Below are positions 29,378-39,442 of a DNA stretch of 64,000 nucleotides, piece after piece (the first letter of the stretch is position 1; the number at the start of each line of letters is the position of its first letter). Made by a program: the position numbers and the translations under genes. The notes under the pieces are model-generated. The model saw only the letters and a program-made list of their open reading frames with translations. It made no database searches and was not told the origin of the DNA. Source of the DNA: Macrostomum lignano (lineage: Eukaryota); NCBI GenBank assembly GCA_002269645.1, contig NIVC01000403.1, positions 133,076-197,075 on the forward strand, read 5' to 3'.

Positions 29378-32300
29378 TCAGGGTGGTCCGCCGGTCCGTC
29401 CTGCAGCGTGATCTTCCGTTGGGAAGAAACTGGCTCGTCTAGTCGCCCGAAGGAACTGGATGAGCCGTGGGATGCTGTCGGGCTGGCAAACCTCGTCAAT
29501 GGACGGGTTCGGCCCGAGGTAGCTTAGCGGTCTCTGTTAAAGAAAGGGCAGTGACAGACAAAGTGTTGAGCATCTTCATTGTCGCACTCGCAAAAGGGGC
29601 AAATTTCGCTCTCGAGGTCGCCTCGGAGGAAGCAGTGCCTGGCGAGGTAGCCATGGCCGGTAAGGGTCATGACAAGGGCTCGAATATCCTTCCGATTCTG
29701 GTTCAGAAGGATGTTTCTGAGCCTGTGAGACGGGCAAGGAACCGCGGCACGAGATTGCCGGCAGTTTTGGGTGCCCGCCCATCTGTCCCTGTGGAGGGAG
29801 TCAGCCCAGTCGTCGATCTGACGATTGATGACTGTCAAGGGCATAGGGACCAGGGGGGCAGGGCCGAAGAAAGAGCCAGAGCCGCCCCTCTTGGCGAGGG
29901 TGTCTGCCAGCTCGTTCCCCGGAAACCCTGCGTGCCCTGGGATCCACTTCAGCCTGACAGTATTGCTTCTGGCCAGGAGGTTGAGCTGCCGGGCGCAGTC
30001 GGCGACTGTCCGGGAGTTCGTTGTGGTGTGGCAAAGGGCCTGTAAGGCCGCTTGGCTGTCGGAGTGGATGACAATAGTCTTTCCTCTCGTAACCTTGGCG
30101 TTCAGCTCTGCAGCGCAAGAGCTGATGGCAAGGACTTCGTTCTGGAAGACTGTGGAGAGTCTACCAGTGTGCTGGGCATGCGTGGCAATTACGCGGCCGT
30201 TGATGATGATGCAGACCCCAAAGCCGGCGCGACCGTCTTTGATGGATCCGTCCGTGTAGCAATGGACCTCCTGGAAATTCCAGTGGTCATTGGCAGCATC
30301 CCTAGAGGGGATGGTGACCTTGTAGCGCTGAAAGAGGTTGAGAGTGCGGGGTTCGCCGTCAGATAGGACGTGGAGCCCGCCGCTGTCTCTCAAGTCCTTG
30401 AGGCAGAGGTCAGCGTGGGGCAGAAGCTTGCGCTTAGCCATGGCCCTATGGGGCTGGATTCGAATGCCAGCGTCAGCTAGACGGCGGGCAGTCTTAGCCG
30501 CTTCCCTGCGGACAAAGATGTCCAGCGGAGGAATGTTGAGGAAGGCGTTGAGGCCATCGTAAGGAGCAGACGGAGGGGCGCTCATGATCATGCGACAAGC
30601 GCGCCCTTGCGCTCTCCTGAGAGCCTCTAGACAGGTCTTTATCTGCAGGGCGCTAGCCCAGATCAGGCCGCCATACGAGATAGCGGGCCTAACCATTGCA
30701 GTGTAGATCCACCAGAGGCGCTTGGGGGTGAGCCCCCAGGTGGTGCCGACAGCCCTGCGCAATTGCGCGAGGACTGCGAAGGCCTTTTTGGCTTTTGTTT
30801 GAACGTGGGGTGACCAGTTCAGCCTGTGGTCCAGGGTAATACCCAGACATTTAGTCTGCTTGCAGAAGGGGATTTCCCTTCCGTAAAGCATGAGCGGCCG
30901 AATCTGCCACTTGGTCCTGCTGGTGAACATGATCGCTGCGGTCTTAGTCTCAGAGAGCCTTAAACCACAGCGGTCCGCCCATTGCTCAGCAGCGTAGATG
31001 AAGTTCTGAAGAAGGTCCCTGAGGGTATCAGGGGACGGACCAGATGCCACCGCGGTGACATCGTCCGCATATCCAACTTTCAGAATGGGGTCAGGCCGAA
31101 CATCCCGGAGGAGCTCATCGATGACCATATTCCAGAGAACTGGAGACAGCACCCCACCTTGCGGGCTACCTTTGCAGACGGGGACCGTCCTCTGGTAGCC
31201 CAGCAGACTGGCGGTGGCCGTGCGATGGCTGATCATGTACATGATCCATCTGGTGAGATGTGAGTGCGTTTGCCTCTCACAAAGAGCTCTTCGGAACGCC
31301 TCAAAGAGGACGTTATCGAAGGCGCCAATGATGTCCAGGAAGATCCCCAGAGCAAAGCCATTACCAAGCACGGCCTTCTCGAGTTTATCGACCAGGACGT
31401 GCAGCGCGCTTTCAGTGGAGCGACCCGCCCGAAAAGCGTGCTGGTTCTCGCTGAGAGGTTTGTTCTTCAGCTCAACAGAGAGAAGGCGCCAAAGCACCAG
31501 TCTCTCCATCAGCTTGACCAGGGAGGAGGTCAAGCTGATCGGTCTGAAGGATTTGATAGAATGGTAGTCCGGGCGGCCTGGCTTAGGGATAAAGATCACC
31601 TTTGCCTCGGTCCATGCCTGCGGGACATAACCAAGCGTGATGCATGCCCGAAGAAGGCTGCAAAGTTTGCGCAGGAAGCCTGGGCATTTAACCGCCTCTC
31701 TTAGAAGGGCCGGTACAATGCCGTCGGGTCCTGGGGCTTTGAAAGGCTTGAAGGAATTTGCCGCTCTCACAATGCGGTCCTCCGTGATGATAGAGGCAGC
31801 CAGCGCGTGACCTCCCTCCGAGTGATCCGGAGTGGTCTGGTTAGCTGGCTCGTTGGGGAAAAACGCAGTGAGCATTACATCAAGCGTTTCCCCTGGGTTG
31901 TCCGTGGACGTACCGTCGGTGCGTTTGACCGAGGAGAGCTTAGACATTTTGTCCAGCGTGAGCGCTTTCACAACTCTGGAGGTGGGGCGTGAGCCCTCTA
32001 GCTCCTCACAGTATTGTCGCCATTTTTGAGCCTTTGCATTCCTAACCTGCCTTTTAAACTCATGAATTGCGTCATGATAGGCGGTTTGGTCTGCAGGGCT
32101 CTTAGTTTTAGTTGCTCTGCGGTGGAGTCTCTTAGCCCTGCGACGGAGGTTGCCGAGCTCGGGATTCCACCACGGCGCCGATTTTTTCCCTTTATAGGCT
32201 TTTAAAGGGCAGGACGCCTCAAAGGCGGCGGTTAGCGTCTCTGTCAAAACAGTCGCGCACTCATCCGCCTCTCGGCACGACGTGATCGTGGATGGTTGGC

Positions 32301-33086
32301 CAGGAGACCGATGGAATTCCTTCAGGGCGAGCCCGAAGGTTTCCCAATCCGTATTTCTGGCGTTCCGTCTCCACGTAACACGAGTTGCGCTACGCGCGGC
32401 CATTAGGTTGAAGGAGATGAACTTGTGATCCGAGAGTGAGGACACTGGAAGCACCCGCCACGCCCAATACTCTGGTAGAGTCTGGGCGTTGCGAGCGTAG
32501 CGTCGATCACCTCCGACCACCGTCCGTTGTCAAAGGTAGGGGTGGACCCAGAGTTGCAGAACTCGAGGGTCGTAGAGGCAACGTAGGCTAGGAGGTCTTC
32601 GCCTCTCTGATTAATGCCAGTGCTGCCCCAGTGAGTGTGGTGGGCGTTGATGTCGCCGGCAACCATGAGCTCGTAGTTTTTGGCAGAGCAGAGCTCTACC
32701 AGCGTAGCGAGGGCTCTGGGGACGACCGCAGCATCGCCTGGTAGGTAAACCGAGGCAATGAGGGTGGTCTTCCCAGGAAGAAGGTCCTCGGATTGGATGA
32801 CGCAGATGTCCCTGTTGGACAGGTCCGATCTGAGCCACGCACTGAGCGTTTTGCTCGCAAAGATGCAAGCTCTGGGAGGCTGGTTGGCCTCGCGAGGGTA
32901 AGTATAAAAACAATTGTAGCCAGCAGGGGCGTTTTGAGGCTTACCTCTGAGAGTCCAGGGTTCCTGGACGAGGATGAGCCCCGGCTTGTCGAGCTCGGCG
33001 TAACGCATAAGGTTGACCGAGGCTGCGACGCAGTGCTGCAGATTAATCTGCAGGCAATGGATTCCCTGGTTGCTGATCATTATCAC
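29378..33086 (-). CDS. Retrotransposon ORF2: AP endonuclease, reverse transcriptase, RNase H, CCHC knuckle (two 1-nt frameshifts)
   Basis: APE motifs LQINLQH, VQEPW, GDINAHHTHWGS and SDHK; RT YADD; RNase H YTDGS, IHSDSQAAL and WIPGHAGFPGNELAD; CPFC...HFVCHC. Frameshifts lie at ~32464 and ~29525. After the second, the frame continues YLGPNPSIDEVC...LIQFLRATRR to TGA at 29378, homologous to the C-terminus of the second element. Confidence 0.92.
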
Positions 33087-33177
33087 GCAGTTGGGGAATC
33101 GTTGAGCAGGTCATCCTCCTCCTTTTCAGTGGTGGGTGACCCGCAGACCTCCATGGGAGTTTCAGCGTCCTCAGCAG

Positions 33178-34547
33178 TTAGGGTGGCTGTGGAGTCCTCC
33201 GCGGACGTGAGCCCAGCGTGGACGTTGCCGTCGCCTCCCTGCGTGCTTCGGTGCTGTCACTGCCCGTCCCCTCTGCCTCGTCGGTCAGGTCGATGCGGGT
33301 GGCGCCAGCCTCCTGGTGAGTCACAGACTCGAACCAGTCGGTCGGAGCCTCCCCGCTTAGAGTCTGGCCTTCTGGCTGTTGGGGTGGAGCGCGAGAAGCG
33401 CGGGCCCGCTCACGATGCGCACGAAGGTTCTTGGCCTGGTCCAGCGCGCGCTGGATCAGGCCGGACCTCCGGGTGCTCCTGGCGGGTCTGCGATTGCGAT
33501 TTCCGGTTTCAGCAGCGCGAACTGCTTTACCGGGCATAGGATCGGCCGTTTGCCTCGGCTTCTTTGCCGGAGGAGCCTGGGCCCCAGTTCCGGTTTCGGA
33601 AGCTTTGGCATTCTTGGCTTCATCAGCTTTCCGCTCCTCGCAACGGAGGATGGTCAGCTGAGTCAGACCAATATGAATTGTGGACTTAGGCGGCAAGCGC
33701 TTAGCCCAGTCATCAGAGAGCCCTAGGATCACCGTAGCCCCCTTCTCCTTGCGGGAAGTGGCGTGGTGTAGGAGCCCGTTGACCTCAAGGTCGGGGTGCA
33801 GCTTAAGCAATATTTGCCTAAGCTGATCTCCGGACTTAATGGCACTGCCGGCCGGGATCCAGACGCGAAAGCGCTGGGTCTTCTGTCGTTCGCCCTCGCT
33901 GGCGAAGACGAGCTTGCCGAGCTTCTTGGGCCAGTTCAGCTTTGGCAGAAGCTCGCGTAGATTGCTTCTGCTCTCCTCCGAGCTGCACCAGATGAAGATG
34001 CAGCCGTCGGTCTTGGCAGACTTGACCACGCTCACAGGGCGGCCCGCCAGGAGCTGGTCGATGAGCGCAGCATCGATGGTGCGCCAGGCACTGTCGAGCT
34101 CGTCGGCCGTGAGGTCCTGCTCTTCCCCGAAGACGATGACCGCCGGTTGGAGCTTGACCTTTGAGGCGTAGTTGGTGGCGGCGGTTCCCGAAGGCCCGGC
34201 CGCGCTTGTAGCAGGTATACTGGGTGGCTCACCAGCGGGGGTTGTATCCTGGGGGGCAGGGGTTGCTGTGGTTCCTTTCGGCCCAACAGCAGCCTCGCCC
34301 TCCCTAGGTTCCCCTCCGCCGGTGGCCGGCCCGCAGTACCCCGTAGTCGCCGTCGCCGCTCGTTGCGGCGTTGGTTGCGGGTGCGTCGGGCTTCAGCGGA
34401 GGGCCCGGTCGCGCGTGCGGGCATGTCACCGGCCGAGCCGGCGGCAAGCCCATCTGCCCCCGGTGGGGCGGCGCTGGTGCCAGAGTCACCGGCCGGAGTT
34501 GCCGGGGCCCCGGCTTCAGCGGGGGTTAAAGAGGCGGATGACGCCAT
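33178..34547 (-). CDS. Retrotransposon ORF1 (low-complexity N-terminus, DUF4780-like C-terminal domain), one 1-nt frameshift
   Basis: ATG at 34547 (MASSASLTPAE...RRTRNQRRNERRRRLR) joins, via one missing G at 34311-34314, the frame GEPREGE...AVIVFGEEQDLT...RFRVWIP...KLHPDL ending TAA at 33178. No CCHC knuckle was seen. The DUF4780 likeness is pattern recognition only. Confidence 0.78.
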
Positions 34548-34773
34548 AGCTAAAAAGCGGGAAGGAGTGAGCTGAGTCACAAAAGAAAGAGGAAAGAAGA
34601 AAAAGAAAAGGACCGCTAGCGACCGGACAACCCCCCGGCCTTCCAGCCCATCGGCACGGTCAAACACCTTAGGCATTAGGGGGTACGTTAAGCAGTACCA
34701 CGGCCTGCAGGCTGGCAAGCCAGACCCGCATACCCAAATTCGGCCGAAGCCACTGGATGGGTCGCCAGCGTCG

Positions 34774-35019
34774 GAGCCCAGTCTGTCCAGCAGCCCTAGG
34801 GTCTGCCTTGAACACACGCGGGGACGAGTACCCTGGGTCGACTTGTGAAACAGCGTGAGGGGGGGGTCTGCGGCTGCCAGCGCCAAATAGCGGGTGCAGA
34901 CCTCCCTCTCCAGCCTTGACCTGCTGAAGATAGGGGCAGGCGTGAAGCATCGCAGACCGTAGCCCATAGGCCTGGTCTGTCTCATACTTCACTGGCGTGC
35001 TGAATACACCTTCGCGTGC
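34774..35019 (-). ncRNA. HDV-like self-cleaving ribozyme (predicted) at the retrotransposon 5' end
   Basis: P1 GCACGCG (35019-35013) / CGCGUGU (34820-34814); P2 GACCCA / UGGG(C)UC; P3 GGG/CCC; L3 UACUCGU; P1.1 A-U plus C-G; P4 hairpin; J4/2 CAGA(C) with the candidate catalytic C at 34785. G1 is the first base after the TSD. Activity is untested. Confidence 0.8.
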
Positions 35020-35735
35020 GGCAGAGTGATTCAGGATGGAAAGGATGCTCAGGCAGAATGATTCAGGATGGAAAGGATGCTCAGGCAGAATGATTCAGGA
35101 TGGAAAGGATGCTCAGGCAGAATGATTCAGGATGGAAAGGATGCTCAGGCAGAATGATTCAGGATGGAAAGGATGCTCAGGCAGAATGATTCAGGATGGA
35201 AAGGATGCTCAGGCAGAATGATTCAGGATGGAAAGGATGCTCAGGCAGAATGATTCAGGATGGAAAGGATGCTCAGGCAGAATGATTCAGGATGGAAAGG
35301 ATGCTCAGGCAGAATGATTCAGGATGGAAAGGATGCTCAGGCAGAATGATTCAGGATGGAAAGGATGCTCAGGCAGAATGATTCAGGATGGAAAGGATGC
35401 TCAGGCAGAATGATTCAGGATGGAAAGGATGCTCAGGCAGAATGATTCAGGATGGAAAGGATGCTCAGGTAGCATGATTCAGGATGGAAAGGATGCTCAG
35501 GCAGAGTGATTCAGGATGGAAAGGATGCTCAGGCAGAGTGATTCAGGATGGAAAGGATGCTCAGGCAGAATGATTCAGGATGGAAAGGATGCTCAGGCAG
35601 AGTGATTCAGGATGGAAAGGATGCTCAGGTAGCATGATTCAGGATGGAAAGGATGCTCAGGCAGAATGATTCAGGATGGAAAGGATGCTCAGGTAGCATG
35701 ATTCAAGATGAAAAAGATGTTTAGACAGCATGATT
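35020..35735. repeat. 32-bp satellite, right part (continuation of 28495-29272)
   Basis: Same unit, mostly the gcagaatg variant, decaying at the distal end. Confidence 0.97.
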
Positions 35736-36594
35736 TAGGACCGAAAGTGCAACTGGAACAAGCAGTTATATTTAAGGTCATCAGTTGCACATTGTGCGAA
35801 AATGACCGACAGAGCAAATAGATAGGGAGAGTAGCGTCGACAATCCATCAACTTTCAACCAGCAATTTTATCGATTAAATATCCTATATCTGATGACTAA
35901 GGTAAAAGTACATTTCGTCCTTCATCAACTTCATCCTGTGCGTGATATGAAGCTTATAAAAAATTTCTAGAAGTCACTCTGAAAAGAAACCTACATTCTT
36001 AAAATCGAAGCGATATTGGTCACGATTTTGACTTCTACTCCACACCACCCCGTACTACGTAGTTCTGTGCTAACTAGCTAAATCACAATTCTAGTGGAAC
36101 ATATTGTGTGTGTGCAGAGTTCCTGTTAAAAGGCCCGGTAAAAGTATATATCTTAAGTGACCCCGCTTTATCACGTCAGGCAATGGAGTACAGCCGTGAA
36201 TTCACTGGAATGCCAGGCTTTTATTTATACCTATAGAAGCTTATGGCTAGAGTGTAATCTTAGCTTGGCTTTTGAGTTACGACTACTGGGGGATTTACAG
36301 ATCTTGAAATTTCTTCCAAGACTGGCCAAAGAGCCCCGCCGCTTCGGTTGCCAGCCGGGGCAAGCAAACGCAAATTATTGATCGAATTCTGACGCCAGTG
36401 CTGCCGCGTTCAACAAATCTACTGAGCGCTGTCTACTGTGTTCCATTGCGTCTGCTTTAGCGGCTTAGATTTGCCTTTCTTACTACTTGCTTGGGTAGTT
36501 ACGTATGTATTGTGAATTTTCGTCATTTTGTCAATTTTCGTCAATTCGTCCTTTTCGATAACTCACTGCAGAACGTTTATGGTAACCCGATACC

Positions 36595-37945
36595 TTAGTG
36601 CCTCAGTGCCTCAGTACCTCAGTGCCTCAGTGCCTCAGTGCTTCAGTGCTTCAGTGCCTCAGTACCTCAGTGCCTCAGTGCTTCAGTGCTTCAGTGCTTC
36701 AGTGCCTCAGTGCCTCAGTGCCTCAGTACCTCAGTGCTTCAGTGCCTTAGTGCCTCAGTGCCTCAGTGCCTCAGTGCCTCAGTGCCTCAGTGCCTCAGTG
36801 CCTCAGTGCCTCAATGCCTCAGTGCCTCAGTGCCTCTGTGCCTCTGGGCCTCAGTGCCTCAGTGCCTCAGTGCCTTAGTGCCTCAGTGCCTTAGTGCCTC
36901 AGTGCCTCAGTGCCTCAGTGCCTCAGTGCCTCAGTGCCTCAGTGCCTCAGTGCCTCAGTGCCTCAGTGCCTTAGTGCCTCAGTGCCTCTGTGCCTCAGTG
37001 CCTCAGTGCCTCAGTGCCACAGTGCCTCAGTGCCTCAGTGCCTCAGTGCCTCAGTGCCTTAGTGCCTCAGTGCCTCAGTGCCTCAGTGCTTCAGTGCTTC
37101 AGTGCTTCAGTGCCTCAGTGCCTCAGTGCCTCAGTACCTCAGTGCCTCAGTGCCTCAGTGCCTCAGTACCTCAGTGCCTCAGTGCCTTAGTGCCTCAGTG
37201 CCTCAGTGCCCCAGTGCCTCAGTGCCTCAGTGCCTCAGTGCCTTAGTGCTTAGTGCCTCAGTGCTTCAGTGCTTCAGTGCTTCAGTGCCTCAGTGCCTCA
37301 GTGCCTCAGTGCTTCAGTGCCTCAGTGCCTCAGTGCCTCAGTGCCTTAGTGCCTCAGTGCTTCAGTGCCTCAGTGCCTCAGTGCCTCAGTGCCTCAGTGC
37401 CTCAGTGCCTTAGTGCCTCAGTGCCTCAGTGCCTCGGTGCCTCAGTGCCTCAGTGCCTCAGTGCCTCAGTGCCTTAGTGCCTCAGTGCCTCAGTGCCTCA
37501 GTGCTTCAGTGCTTCAGTGCTTCAGTGCCTCAGTGCCTCAGTGCCTCAGTACCTCAGTGCCTCAGTACCTCAGTGCCTCAGTGCCTCAGTGCCTCAGTGC
37601 CTTAGTGCCTCAGTGCCTCAGTGCCTCAGTGCCTCGGTGCCTCAGTGCCTCAGTGCCTCAGTGCCTCAGTGCCTCAGTGCCTCAGTGCCTCAGTGCCTCA
37701 GTGCCTCAGTGCTTCAGTGCCTCAGTGCCTCAGTGCCTCAGTGCCTCAGTGCCTCAGTGCCTCAGTGCTTCAGTGCCTCAGTGCCTCAGTGCCTCAGTGC
37801 CTCAGTGCCTCAGTGCCTTAGTGCCTCAGTGCCTCAGTGCCTCAGTGCCTCGGTGCCTCAGTGCCTCAGTGCCTCAGTGCCTCAGTGCCTCAGTGCCTCA
37901 GTGCCTCAGTGCCTCAGTGCCTCAGTGCCTCTGTGCCTCAGTGCC
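36595..37945. repeat. 8-bp tandem repeat (GCCTCAGT)n
   Basis: A ~1.35-kb array. It explains the SVPQCLSA ORFs. Confidence 0.98.
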
Positions 37946-38529
37946 TGCATGTACGAGCATCCGCCTTGGTCTCTGTCCTGCCTTTCTGCTTTCATTGGTC
38001 TCAAAGTTCTGTTGAAGTGTTGTCAGCTGAAAAAATTAACAAAATATGCCTAATAGAGCATTCATTGCATTCAGAATTATATCACAATTGAAGTTTCGAG
38101 TTACAGATTAAACGCATCCCTCAGCTGCTCTGAAGTCTTAGACGGAGCAATTCAGCTTTATTTGCCGAAATGAGAGACTCACAGATTAACAAAGCTGAGC
38201 ATGGCAATGTCAATATCTAAATTTCCTCTTCCATAGATCCTTGGATTTGTTAATCGCGTTTAAACTGAGTTATGAAACTGCTTAGCCATTTTGGGTAACT
38301 TAATACACAACTGGGTATTGTAGCAGATATTGGGGTAAATCTTTTGAATGGCTTTTCAGGCGGAAATCTGCGACTGTTTAAACAGCAATAATCGATATTT
38401 TAATAAGTTGATAAAATTCGGTGTCAAAATGGTGTTTTAGTGTCAGTGTCTTTAAAGATTTAAGCAATACAGTTTCTTTGCATATTAAAACGTTAATTTT
38501 TTGAGAGATGCGATTTTCTGCGAAGTAAC

Positions 38530-39060
38530 TGTCTGAGAGAGTCACTGTCTCAGAGAGTCACTGTCTCAGAGAGTCACTGTCTGAGAGAGTCACTGTCTGA
38601 GAGAATCACTGTCTGAGAGAGTCACTGTCTGAGAGAATCACTGTCTGAGAGAGTCACTGTCTGAGAGAATCACTGTCTGAGAGAGTCACTGTCTGAGAGA
38701 ATCACTGTCTGAGAGAGTCACTGTCTGAGAGAGTCACTGTCTTAGAGAGTCACTGTCTGAGAGAATCACTGTCTTAGAGAGTCACTGTCTGAGAGAATCA
38801 CTGTCTGAGAGAGTCACTGTCTGAGAGAATCACTGTCTGAGAGAGTCACTGTCTGAGAGAATCACTGTCTGAGAGAGTCACTGTCTGAGAGAGTCACTGT
38901 CTTAGAGAGTCACTGTCTGAGAGAATCACTGTCTTAGAGAGTCACTGTCTGAGAGAATCACTGTCTGAGAGAGTCACTGTCTGAGAGAATCACTGTCTGA
39001 GAGAGTCACTGTCTGAGAGAGTCACTGTCTGAGAGAGTCACTGTCCCCAGAGAGACTCAC
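38530..39060. repeat. Minisatellite, 16-bp unit CTGAGAGA(G/A)TCACTGT
   Basis: Tandem copies downstream of the hunchback-like stop codon. Confidence 0.96.
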
Positions 39061-39150
39061 TGAAACGCCCTATTTCGATAGTCAGTCTTCAGAGTTAGAA
39101 AAATGTTTAGAGTCACAATTTTTAGAAAAATCAGACTGCAGCCTCCATCA

Positions 39151-39407
39151 TCAGCCGTGCGCGTCCCTGTACAGGTGCATGTTGAAGCCGAGCTCGCTAT
39201 AGGCCTGGAAGCCGCAGCCGTTGCACCTGAAGGGGTTGGCGCCGGTGGAGTGATAGCCGAGATGCATGACGCACAGGACGAAATTGCGGAACACGATGCC
39301 GCAGTGACGGCACTCCATCGGCCGGACGGGTGGGCCGCGACTCGCTGCTGGCGGTAGTAGCGTCGCTCGTTTCAGAGGAAGCGAGGGCGGCTGAAGCGGC
39401 GGCGGCA

Positions 39408-39442
<35 letters not shown>

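Larger units (their letters stand above)
29273..35019 (-). mobile_element. Full-length non-LTR retrotransposon, LOA-clade-like (ORF1 plus APE-RT-RNase H-CCHC ORF2), 5747 bp
   Basis: 13-bp TSD GGCAGAGTGATTC at 29260-29272 and 35020-35032. Short AAGAA 3' tail, two ORFs and a ~470-nt 5' UTR. The RT motifs (QHAFRAGRSTESALH, LGIFLDIIGAFDN, PQGGVLSPVLWN, YADD) followed by RNase H fit the LOA/Lian type. The clade call is by motif resemblance, not a tree. Confidence 0.93.

Noticed and set aside
34032-34985. Separate 317-aa ORF0 in the retrotransposon
   Set aside because: Its first ~146 codons overlap the structured 5' UTR and ribozyme. The rest is the ORF1 N-terminus thrown out of frame by a 1-nt loss at ~34313.
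28495-35735. 32-bp and other 20-33 bp regular repeats as CRISPR arrays
   Set aside because: The units are head-to-tail without unique spacers, there are no cas genes, and the context is eukaryotic.
36528-38091. Overlapping SVPQCLSA ORFs
   Set aside because: An artefact of the 8-bp GCCTCAGT array.
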